Of a DNA stretch of 24,538 nt, positions 17,785 through 24,538 are shown piece by piece. Source of the DNA: a virus. Taxonomy: Duplodnaviria > Caudoviricetes. Where the stretch lies: positions 1-24,538 of IMG/VR virus record IMGVR_UViG_3300028588_000081; one strand, 5' to 3'. Position 1 is the stretch's first letter. Each line of letters opens with the position of its first letter. Both the position numbers and the translations under genes were made by a program. The notes under the pieces are model-generated. The model ran no database searches and had not been told where the DNA came from. It was given only the letters and a program-made list of their open reading frames with translations.

Positions 17785-18077
17785 CGCAGAATCACGCCCT
17801 CGGCTCGATCCTTCGCCAGCAGTTTCGCCTGATGCTCCAGATCCGCCCTGGCCAGCCGTCCGTCCGTCATTGCCGCTTCCAGATTCGACCGCAGCTTGTA
17901 CAGCAGCTTGACCGTCATCCACAGCGTTTCGCGCCCTTCGGGGTCGCGTGCCGGTGAGTTTTTCCATGCTTCTACGTGCTCCCGTTCGATGTCGTCAAAC
18001 GCCTTGGCGAATGCGGGGTTGTTCAGCACCTGGCGCGCCTGCTCGCCCTGCGTCATGCGTTGTTCAAGCGTTTCCAT
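17781..18077 (-). CDS. Small phage protein between portal and scaffold
   Basis: METLEQR start with SD AAGGGG. A..VL.NPAF and W..SP..D.EGRE.LW motifs. Confidence 0.78.
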   Translation of the reverse strand: METLEQRMTQGEQARQVLNNPAFAKAFDDIEREHVEAWKNSPARDPEGRETLWMTVKLLYKLRSNLEAAMTDGRLARADLEHQAKLLAKDRAEGVILR

Positions 18078-20382
18078 TGGCTGCCCCTTGGTTTGCGGTT
18101 TCTTCGGCGGCGGCCAGCGCTGCATCGCCCTGCTGCCTGGCGGCGATCTGGGCTGTCACGATGGCAGTCTCGGCCTGCAGGTCGGCCTTGTACTTCTCGA
18201 ATGCCATCTGCTCACGCTGCAGGTCGAGGCGGGCCAGCTGCTGCTCGTGAGCGTACTGCTCGCGCATGGCGGCCAGTTGCTGCTCGTGCTGCGCCTTGAG
18301 CGCCTGCTGCTGAGCCTCCAGTTCCTGGCGGTTCTGGTCGACCTGCTTCTGAGCGTCGGCATTGATCTGCGCGGTCTGGATCGTCGCCTGGCGATCGGCC
18401 TCAGCCTGCTGCGCCTTGTACTGCATCTCGCGTTGATGCGCCTGGTCGTCGAGCTGAGCTTTGACCGTGGCCGGGTCCTGCTGCGGCGGCTTGGGCGGCA
18501 TCTTCGACGGGTCGGTGAAGAAGCGATCGGCATCACGGAAGCCCAGAGCTTCGGCCAGCTTCTTGTCGGTGGCGTACAGGTTATCCGGCGTGGCATAGCC
18601 GATCTGCAGCGCCTGGACCTGCTTCTGTCCAAGCACGCTCAGGTGCTGCACCAGCTGGTCCTTGTTGCCGGTGCCCAGGCCAACGTTCGGCGTCAGGTCG
18701 AACTGGTTCGTCCACTCGCGCGGGTCCACGTCGACCCAGCCGCCGGTGAGCTTCACCTGTTCGGGTTTGTTCTGGTACTGGGTGACGAGGCGCAGCATCT
18801 TCCTGAAGAGGCGTGCGAAGCCGGTTTCTGCCATCGTGCGTGCCACCAGCTCCAGGCGCTCGTCGGCGCGGTTGGTGACGATGTTCGACTGCGTGGCCGT
18901 CTGCGCCACCTGCATGCCGCCGCCCTGGCTCTGCCGGGTGTAGCCGGTGGCTTCCTCGGCGTCGCGCTCGGCCGACTCCATCATGGTCATTGCACTGCCG
19001 ATGTCGCCGACGCCTTGGTCGAGACGGCCGACGGAGCTGGGTTGCTTTACGCGAACCACGCCGCCAGGACGGCTGTTGAGCAAGTCGTCGAGGTTGACTT
19101 CGCTGTTGACCGCCCAGTACCGGCCATTCACCTGCAGATACAGGTTGTCCAGCACCGAGCGCTTGAGGCTCGTTTTCAGCTTCTGGTGCGGCATGGCCAG
19201 ATCAGCTGGCGACCAGCCGAAGAACTGGTGCGGCAGCGGGATCGAGGCCAGATCGACGAACGGGTTTGCGTCGACCTTCTCGCGGTCCAGGATCTGGCCG
19301 CCGGCGCGCATTACCTTGAACAGGGCAGGGCCGTCGCCATCGAGATCGGCGTGCACATAGCACTCTTCCAGCCAGACTAGGCGCGAGTCCGGGGCCTGCG
19401 CTTCAGCCGGGGCGATCAACTGCGTCTGCAGGCCGAATACGTCACGCTCGCGCGCTTCCTGCGTCTCGGTCGGATCATCGAAGCTCAGGTCCTCGACGTC
19501 GTAGCCACGATCGCGCAGGTAGCCCACGGTGCGGCGCACGCGGTGACCCTTGAACGTGTCGTCGTCGATGTCCTTGCAGGTGCGTGACACGAACATCTCG
19601 TCGGGTGGGATGTTCTCGATGCACAGCCGGCCACCTTTGCGCGTGCGCTTGACAGTGATGTCGTAGAGCATCGGCACAGGCTGTTGCTGCATCGCGGCGA
19701 ACTGCTGCTGCGCCTGCTGGAACTGCTGCGCGCCTTGCTGGGCCGCTTGCGGGTCCTGCGCTGCTTGCTGCTGGACCTGCTGGCCCATCTGCTGCAACTG
19801 CTGGCCGGCCTGTTCCAGCGCCTTGGCCTTCTGCTTCGCTGCGTCCTCGTCCTCATACGAGCGCTGGCCGGTGACTTCGATTTCCTCGTCATCCAGCAGG
19901 ATCGCCAGCTGCACGTCAGTCTGGCCGCGGTATTCCTCGGTCGTCTCGACGGGAGCGTCGTCCCACCACACCTTGATGAAGCCGACCTTCGATTTCAGAG
20001 CGTCGAAGATCCAGGTGTAGATGATCATGTAGCCTGGGTTCTTCTTGCGCAGGATGTGATTCAGGTACTCGGTCGCCTGCTTGGCTTTCTGCTCGTCGTC
20101 CGGATGCGTGCCCTCGAACTCGACTACGTGATCGGTGCCGCAGAAGATCTTCATCAGTGGGCCATGCATGCCGAGCACGGTATTGGCCACGGTGGTATCG
20201 ACGACCGACGAGCGGCCTTCGATCTCCGGCGGCGCCAGGTCACCCTTAGGCAGGCCCTGAAAGTAATACTCGGCCTTGGCGCGTGCTGCAGCGAGCAAGC
20301 CGCCATAGCCCGATTCCGCGCTGGCGTCTTGCATCTCCGCGTCGGTGAGCGCGCGCAGCTCGTCGTCTGTCATTTTTGCCAT
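18064..20382 (-). CDS. Portal protein (P22/SU10-like, long C-terminal coiled-coil barrel)
   Basis: 772 aa after terL. GRSSVV, A.QATEYLN, G.IKVWW, NLDDLLNSRPGGVVR and VGLGTG motifs, Gln-rich helical tail. Confidence 0.92.
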   Translation of the reverse strand: MAKMTDDELRALTDAEMQDASAESGYGGLLAAARAKAEYYFQGLPKGDLAPPEIEGRSSVVDTTVANTVLGMHGPLMKIFCGTDHVVEFEGTHPDDEQKAKQATEYLNHILRKKNPGYMIIYTWIFDALKSKVGFIKVWWDDAPVETTEEYRGQTDVQLAILLDDEEIEVTGQRSYEDEDAAKQKAKALEQAGQQLQQMGQQVQQQAAQDPQAAQQGAQQFQQAQQQFAAMQQQPVPMLYDITVKRTRKGGRLCIENIPPDEMFVSRTCKDIDDDTFKGHRVRRTVGYLRDRGYDVEDLSFDDPTETQEARERDVFGLQTQLIAPAEAQAPDSRLVWLEECYVHADLDGDGPALFKVMRAGGQILDREKVDANPFVDLASIPLPHQFFGWSPADLAMPHQKLKTSLKRSVLDNLYLQVNGRYWAVNSEVNLDDLLNSRPGGVVRVKQPSSVGRLDQGVGDIGSAMTMMESAERDAEEATGYTRQSQGGGMQVAQTATQSNIVTNRADERLELVARTMAETGFARLFRKMLRLVTQYQNKPEQVKLTGGWVDVDPREWTNQFDLTPNVGLGTGNKDQLVQHLSVLGQKQVQALQIGYATPDNLYATDKKLAEALGFRDADRFFTDPSKMPPKPPQQDPATVKAQLDDQAHQREMQYKAQQAEADRQATIQTAQINADAQKQVDQNRQELEAQQQALKAQHEQQLAAMREQYAHEQQLARLDLQREQMAFEKYKADLQAETAIVTAQIAARQQGDAALAAAEETANQGAANGNA

Positions 20383-21635
20383 CAGGTGCTTCCGAGTGAT
20401 CTGTAGTTGAGAGAGCCGCCCCAGTCCTCGTTGCTCATCGCCTCAGCGTTGATCGCGATGTAGCGGAGGTTGTCGGCGCCGTGCGACCATTCGTCGTGCA
20501 GCGGCGCGCCGGCTTCCTGCGTCTGTTTGTTGATGGCGCGGCGGTATCGCTTCGCGCATTGGACGATGCGTGCGGCCTTTGTCTTGTCGAAGTAGATGCG
20601 GGGGAATGCCATGCGGGTCAGGCGGATGCCGTCCTCGATGCCCATGTTCGGGGTGATCGCGACGGTCCAGCCCAGCGCCTGCATGATCTCCTCGGCGCTC
20701 TTGCCGGTCTTGAAGTCCTTGTGGCGCCCGTCGTGGGGGAGGTACAACGTTCCCCAGTTCAGGTTTTTCGCCTTCAGCAGCGCCGAGTAGTGGTCAAGCG
20801 TCTTGTGGCTGTCTTCGATGTTCTCGATGACGCGCAGCTCCGACGAGTGCTTCTGCACTAGGCTGATCGACATGGCGTCGTTCCAGCCCAGGTCGAAGAT
20901 GACGTGCACCTTGAGCAGTGGGTCGTACGGGACGTTGCAGATCCGCTTCTCTTCGGTGGCCTTGGTGACCTCGTCGTAGTAGATCGCGCCAGTGACGGCC
21001 GGCTTGCACTTGCCCTCCCAGATGTTCAGGTACTCGGCCTCGGGCAGGGTCGCCTTGGCGTGCAGCCGCTCCTTCTCCAGCACATCGGGAAACCAGGGAT
21101 TGTCCTGGTAGTTCATGTCGACGATGATCGAGCCCTCGGGCTGGTTCGTGATGAACCGGTCGTAGGTCTCGTCGGTGTCCAGCTCGGGATTGAAAGTGAT
21201 CCAAATCTCAGAGTCGGGCTTTCGGATGGTCGGGATCAGCACCGACCACGAGCGCTTGCTCACGGTCTGCGCTTCCTCGACCCACACGATGTCGCAGCCT
21301 TCGAACGACTTGATCGAGTCAACCGTCTGCTCGGACAGGCCTGAGAAGCTGAACTCTGAACCGTTCTTGCCGCGGATCTCAGTGTCGAGCACCTGGTAGA
21401 ACTGTGTCAGGCCCAGCGCCTCGATTTGATCTTTCAGCAGCTTGTGCACCGACTGCTTGATGGACTTCTGCACCTCGCGCGTGCACAGGATGCGCAGCTT
21501 CGTGGTCGACCCCAGGATCAGCAGCGCTTTGGCGGCGCTCCACGACTTGCCACTACCCCGGCCACCCTTGGCGCCCTTATAGCGCGCCTTCTTGGTCAGC
21601 AGGAACTGGAGCTTTTCGGGGAACTCAACCTTCAT
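20382..21635 (-). CDS. terL: Terminase large subunit (PBSX/Terminase_3-type)
   Basis: Walker A GGRGSGKS, C.RE.Q.SI..SV, Walker B WVEEAQ, TFNP, nuclease DLGWND and SHGAD. Confidence 0.96.
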   Translation of the reverse strand: MKVEFPEKLQFLLTKKARYKGAKGGRGSGKSWSAAKALLILGSTTKLRILCTREVQKSIKQSVHKLLKDQIEALGLTQFYQVLDTEIRGKNGSEFSFSGLSEQTVDSIKSFEGCDIVWVEEAQTVSKRSWSVLIPTIRKPDSEIWITFNPELDTDETYDRFITNQPEGSIIVDMNYQDNPWFPDVLEKERLHAKATLPEAEYLNIWEGKCKPAVTGAIYYDEVTKATEEKRICNVPYDPLLKVHVIFDLGWNDAMSISLVQKHSSELRVIENIEDSHKTLDHYSALLKAKNLNWGTLYLPHDGRHKDFKTGKSAEEIMQALGWTVAITPNMGIEDGIRLTRMAFPRIYFDKTKAARIVQCAKRYRRAINKQTQEAGAPLHDEWSHGADNLRYIAINAEAMSNEDWGGSLNYRSLGST

Positions 21636-22128
21636 CGCCGGGCTTCACGAAGTCGATGGTCCAGTGCATGTTGAGCGGGTTATCGCCCTGGCCGCCGTGG
21701 TTCACGTCGACCTTCTCGCCGTAGCGCTTCGGGTCCCACTTGGCCAGCAGCTTCAGGCGCGTCTCGATGCGCAGCTTGGAGCGGCTGATCCATTCGGTAT
21801 TGGCGCGGTCGCCGTTCTCGCCTTGGATCGTGTCGAATGCAGTCTCGTCGGCGATGTCCAGGCAGTCGGCCGCGATCTTGTCGAAGCCTTCCTCGCGCGC
21901 ACGCCCGAAGTCGGCTTTAAATGCCTCGCTCTGGTCCTTCCATCCGCTGATGGTCCGGACAGCAGGCATGTGTTCGTCGCGGCAGATGCTGGCGAGCGGT
22001 TCGCCCTTGGCCAGTCGTGCGCAGATCTCATCCGCAATCTCTTGCGTGAACGAGCTGGGCCGCCCTGGCGGACGTGCCTCAGCCGGCGCCGCGGTCTTGC
22101 GCGGCTTCTTGGCTTTGGTATCGGTCAT
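21625..22128 (-). CDS. terS: Terminase small subunit (Sf6/P22-like)
   Basis: GRPSSFTQEIADEICARLAKGEPLASIC HTH and KLRIETRLKLLAKWDPKRYG. Overlaps the terL start. Confidence 0.9.
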   Translation of the reverse strand: MTDTKAKKPRKTAAPAEARPPGRPSSFTQEIADEICARLAKGEPLASICRDEHMPAVRTISGWKDQSEAFKADFGRAREEGFDKIAADCLDIADETAFDTIQGENGDRANTEWISRSKLRIETRLKLLAKWDPKRYGEKVDVNHGGQGDNPLNMHWTIDFVKPGDEG

Positions 22129-22137
22129 GGGCGCGGA

Positions 22138-22173
22138 ATAAAAAATGCCCCGGCAGTGTTTAGCTACCGGGGC
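22138..22173 (-). terminator. Rho-independent terminator immediately upstream of terS
   Basis: Minus strand GCCCCGGTAG-CTAAACA-CTGCCGGGGC followed by ATTTTTTATT. Confidence 0.8.
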
Positions 22174-22263
22174 GAACTCGCTTTATCAGCGAGGGAGACG
22201 GGAGAGGGAGTGGTGAGACGCAACGCTTGGGCCGCACGTGGCGGCAGAGGGTTGGTCGTGCGC

Positions 22264-22406
22264 TCACCACATGGAAGCCGGCTGATTGAGCAGGATTCGA
22301 ACCTGCGTACTGGGATCGCGCATTGGCTTGCAGAGCCGCGCCCAGCTTTTATCTGCATCAGGGTTCGAGCCACTCCCCCATCAGTCAGTCAGCTTCCATG
22401 TGGCGA
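22264..22406 (-). ncRNA. tRNA-like structured RNA / pseudo-tRNA (core 22283-22387) with extended acceptor stem
   Basis: Acceptor TGACTGA/TCAATCA, D-arm GGG-GAGTGGCTCGAA-CCC, perfect T-arm GCAGG-TTCGAAT-CCTGC. No canonical anticodon arm or CCA. The flanks extend the stem to ~26 bp. Confidence 0.6.
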
Positions 22407-22516
22407 CTGGTTACGCCAGTCAGGCGCCGAAGCTCGCATCAGGCAGCGTTATCAGCGAGATTTCCAAGGACGGAGTGGGGCAGCGGGGCCGGGCCGCTGC
22501 GCTTCGGGTGAAATTG

Positions 22517-22714
22517 TTACGTGGCGCCGGCGCTCATGCCCTGTGCGGCTAGGATAAGCCGCCTCGGGTTCGATCCCGCGCAGATCAGAACTGCGGCGAG
22601 AAGCCACCATGCTGACCAGCCCTCGCGAGCGATCATGTAGACGGTGCCCGCCAATACCGACAGGTCAAAGGCGAGCATCAGCGCGTAAATGACGATGAGT
22701 GCGATTGGGTTCAA
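22517..22714 (-). CDS. Small two-TM membrane protein (65 aa)
   Basis: TTG start with SD GGAG after the terminator. Hydrophobic segments IALIVIYALMLAFDLSVLAGTVYMI and WSAWWLLAAVLIC. Confidence 0.6.
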   Translation of the reverse strand: MNPIALIVIYALMLAFDLSVLAGTVYMIAREGWSAWWLLAAVLICAGSNPRRLILAAQGMSAGAT

Positions 22715-22749
22715 TGTAGCTCCATGGGCGGCAAAGGTGCGTGCCAACG

Positions 22750-22782
22750 CAAAAAGCCCGCTGACCTTTCGGGGCGGGCTTT
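22750..22782 (-). terminator. tR'-like terminator of the late leader
   Basis: AAAGCCCGC...GCGGGCTTTTT on the minus strand, ~55-85 nt downstream of the putative late promoter. Confidence 0.8.
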
Positions 22783-22828
22783 GCTGGACGTGCGAATGGC
22801 TGCCAACGGCAACCATCCTGCAGTTCGA

Positions 22829-22872
22829 ATTGTTGAGCAGAATTATATGCCAAAAGGAAATTTAACAGCAGA
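22829..22872 (-). promoter_or_regulatory. Putative late promoter (pR'-like) with promoter-proximal -10-like pause element
   Basis: AT-rich segment after the Q stop. TATAAT at 22847-22842, then AACAAT 7 nt downstream (compare lambda pR' AACGAT). The -35 is weak or unclear. Confidence 0.6.
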
Positions 22873-22874
22873 AA

Positions 22875-23393
22875 TTATTGCGTGTTGGAATTATGCGACA
22901 GCCGGGCTATGACCTCGGCCAAATCCTCCTGAGCGCGGAGTAAGCGGGCGTCGAACGTCTCGGTCTTGAAGCGCATCAGCGCGGCGATGTATCCCTTGCG
23001 AGCGCCGTCGACGTAGTAGAGGCCGATCAGTTTTCGCTGTTCGAGCGGGAGGCGCACCATCGAGCGGCCGATGAGCACCGCGTCGTTCGTGTCGATCGAT
23101 CGCATGTCGGCGTTCTGGTTTGCGAGGATGCCTTCGACCGCCTTGCGCAGAGTCTCGCAGATGGCGCCCGTCATGCAGGCAGCCGCTTTCGGACCTTCGC
23201 CGCCCTTCGCCCACTTGGCCCAGTTCTCCAGGCGGGCGGTGATGTCGGCGCGCAGCTCGACTGGCTTAGGGAGGGCATCGGTGGCGCGCGTGCGGAGCCG
23301 GGGTATGTACGGCACCTCGGCGAAGTCGTCGCGGCGGCGTGCTGGCTGGCCCACCGGACGCCAGGTCAGGGTGAGTGTGCGGCGCTCGGTCAT
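22875..23393 (-). CDS. Late antitermination protein Q-like
   Basis: RLENWAKW motif and a C-terminal sigma4-like HTH (LPLEQRKLIGLYYV...IAALM). Between nin-like genes and the late promoter. Start trimmed to MTERR. Confidence 0.7.
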   Translation of the reverse strand: MTERRTLTLTWRPVGQPARRRDDFAEVPYIPRLRTRATDALPKPVELRADITARLENWAKWAKGGEGPKAAACMTGAICETLRKAVEGILANQNADMRSIDTNDAVLIGRSMVRLPLEQRKLIGLYYVDGARKGYIAALMRFKTETFDARLLRAQEDLAEVIARLSHNSNTQ

Positions 23394-23566
23394 GGGCGGG
23401 CCACCTTGACGCATTCCAGGCCATGTGCGGTCCGCAGGTACATTCCGCCGCGCTGGGCGCACTCGGCCTCCCGCTGATCGCGCCTTCCGGACGTGAAGTA
23501 GATGCCCACGGCACAGATAGCGAATATCGCTGCGGTCAACAGAATTTCTTTGGCTTGGATCTTCAC
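23390..23566 (-). CDS. Small membrane-anchored protein (58 aa, MKIQAKEILLTAAIFAICAVGIYF...)
   Basis: Read manually, not in the ORF track. GTGA and ATGA overlaps at its two ends, SD AAGGAG, N-terminal TM, C..RGG......C motif. Confidence 0.7.
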   Translation of the reverse strand: MKIQAKEILLTAAIFAICAVGIYFTSGRRDQREAECAQRGGMYLRTAHGLECVKVARP

Positions 23567-23802
23567 GGCGTCTCCTTCTGTTGTTGAATCGCTATGTACT
23601 GCCGGCGCTTTGCCAGGTTCTGGCGGTCGAGCCGGTAGCTGATGCAGGTTTCGCCGTTCCAGGCGACGTGCGGGGCGAGGAAGCCACGCGGGTCACGTGC
23701 CATGCAGCGGCCCATGCCGACACCGGCGAACTCGGGTTCGGCCTCGCGCACCGAATATTCGTCACAGAGCGCGCACTTCTCGTCGCGGTCGCGGCGGTTC
23801 AT
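23563..23802 (-). CDS. Small Cys-containing hypothetical protein (79 aa)
   Basis: MNRRDRDEKCALC...C...C; ATGA overlap at the start. Confidence 0.65.
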   Translation of the reverse strand: MNRRDRDEKCALCDEYSVREAEPEFAGVGMGRCMARDPRGFLAPHVAWNGETCISYRLDRQNLAKRRQYIAIQQQKETP

Positions 23803-24236
23803 GCCAACTCCAGCGCAGCGCACCACGAACGCGGCCCGGCAGCGCGCACCTTGTCCAGGTAATCGTCGATCCTGCGCAGGGACGAGCCGGTGGAGTCGTC
23901 TACGCTCAGGCCGGCCGCTTTTGCCTTGGCTGCGTCTCTGTATTTCCGCTGATATGCACGGCGTTGAGTGCTGTCTTGGCATACCGGCTTTGGGGCATCC
24001 TCGCCAGCGCCGGCGGCCCAGATCGGTGCGCGCGGGCTGGACTCGGTCCAGCCGATGATGTGAGCGCGCCCTTGCTTGCGCAGCTTCATCAGCTGGCGGC
24101 GTACCGTGTTGATGGTGGTGCGCAACTCCTTGGCGATCCGATCGATCGTGCCGTCGCCGGCGCGGCGGGAGTTGGTTGCGGCCTCCGTGGCCGGGTCGCG
24201 CAGCGCGGCGAATACGTCTTCGGTCTTTTCGATCAT
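23799..24236 (-). CDS. Putative winged-HTH DNA-binding protein
   Basis: TIDRIAKELRTTINTVRRQLMKL...AHI.GW...P.W..G.G.DAPKP; ATGA overlaps. Confidence 0.7.
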   Translation of the reverse strand: MIEKTEDVFAALRDPATEAATNSRRAGDGTIDRIAKELRTTINTVRRQLMKLRKQGRAHIIGWTESSPRAPIWAAGAGEDAPKPVCQDSTQRRAYQRKYRDAAKAKAAGLSVDDSTGSSLRRIDDYLDKVRAAGPRSWCAALELA

Positions 24237-24538
24237 GCTTGCTCCTTCAGGGCGCGCAGCTTGGCGCGGTAGGTTGCTGTGACGGCGGCCAGCTCTTCGA
24301 CCGTCCAGCGCTTCTCAGTTGGCGCATACTCCAGCGCTTCAAGTTCGCGGACGGCTGCTTCGCCGATCCGGTCGGCTAGGCCAACCCGATACTTAGCCCG
24401 TGTCGTCCCGCCCGGACGGTTGCACCCTTTCCGCTGCTTATGGACGTTCGCCTCATTAAAGCGGAGGTGAGAGGCATGACCTCGGCTAATCCAGTGACCA
24501 GCGTCCCATCCTCCACCCAGTCCACCAGCACCGCGAGC
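24233..24538 (-). CDS. ninG: NinG/Rap-like recombination endonuclease (C-terminal part, truncated by window)
   Basis: Manual translation ...WDAGHWISRGHASHLRFNEANVHKQRKGCN...YRVGLADRIGEAAVRELE...YRAKLRALK. Confidence 0.85.
   Translation of the reverse strand, partial: ARGAGGLGGGWDAGHWISRGHASHLRFNEANVHKQRKGCNRPGGTTRAKYRVGLADRIGEAAVRELEALEYAPTEKRWTVEELAAVTATYRAKLRALKEQA

Larger units (their letters stand above)
5..24538 (-). mobile_element. Prophage (P22-like podovirus architecture), late region; left boundary at att core, continues beyond right edge
   Basis: Co-oriented, tightly packed genes with ATGA/GTGA overlaps in the order ninG-Q-terS-terL-portal-scaffold-capsid-adaptor-hub-3 ejection proteins-lysis. 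No tape measure or sheath gene. Confidence 0.96.

Noticed and set aside
17896-19380. 494-aa plus-strand ORF
   Set aside because: Antisense shadow of the portal gene.
22283-22387. Canonical tRNA call (Cys from CTGCAA, or Ile from GATAA)
   Set aside because: No 5-bp anticodon stem with a U33-containing 7-nt loop at the right spacing, an acceptor mismatch and no CCA. Kept only as tRNA-like.
22350-22445. Hammerhead ribozyme suggested by CTGATG motifs
   Set aside because: The core is CTGATGC rather than CUGANGA, and no correctly placed GAAA/UH is evident.
21592-22557. 321-aa plus-strand ORF, and the 69-aa minus ORF 22164-22373, across the structured region
   Set aside because: No SD or recognisable motifs. 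The plus ORF is antisense to terS, and the region is better explained by RNA structure.
22565-22578. T-loop-like CGGGTTCGATCCCG on the plus strand
   Set aside because: Lies within the membrane-protein CDS, with no accompanying D-arm or acceptor stem.
1-24538. CRISPR array, DGR template/variable repeats, IS elements, defence genes
   Set aside because: No regularly spaced repeats, no long near-identical duplicate, and no reverse transcriptase, transposase or recognisable defence domain seen by eye.

Overview
The whole window is the late (structural and lysis) arm of a high-GC, P22-like (short-tailed, lambdoid) prophage. Almost all genes are on the minus strand. Reading from the right end: ninG-like (partial), three small genes, Q-like antiterminator, a pR'-like late promoter with a short leader and terminator, a small membrane gene, a ~390-nt highly structured non-coding region, terS, terL, portal, scaffold, major capsid (SU10/DUF5309-like), a ~4-kb block of accessory fibre or decoration genes (collagen-like, LamG-like), adaptor, a split tail-fibre cassette, tail hub, three DNA-ejection proteins, holin, GH73 endolysin and nested i-/o-spanins. 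It ends in a 25-nt copy of a tmRNA-type 3' end (att core) at the left edge. A Burkholderiales-type host is an inference only. The most unusual element is the non-coding region upstream of terS. It holds a tRNA-shaped RNA with D and T arms, no canonical anticodon arm and an acceptor stem extended to ~26 bp, flanked by further hairpins and a CU-rich double-hairpin sRNA-like unit. Other candidates are an unannotated 26-aa antisense membrane peptide in a sieA-like position and a collagen-like protein with a signal peptide or lipobox. All protein calls come from motif recognition and synteny; no database searches were run.
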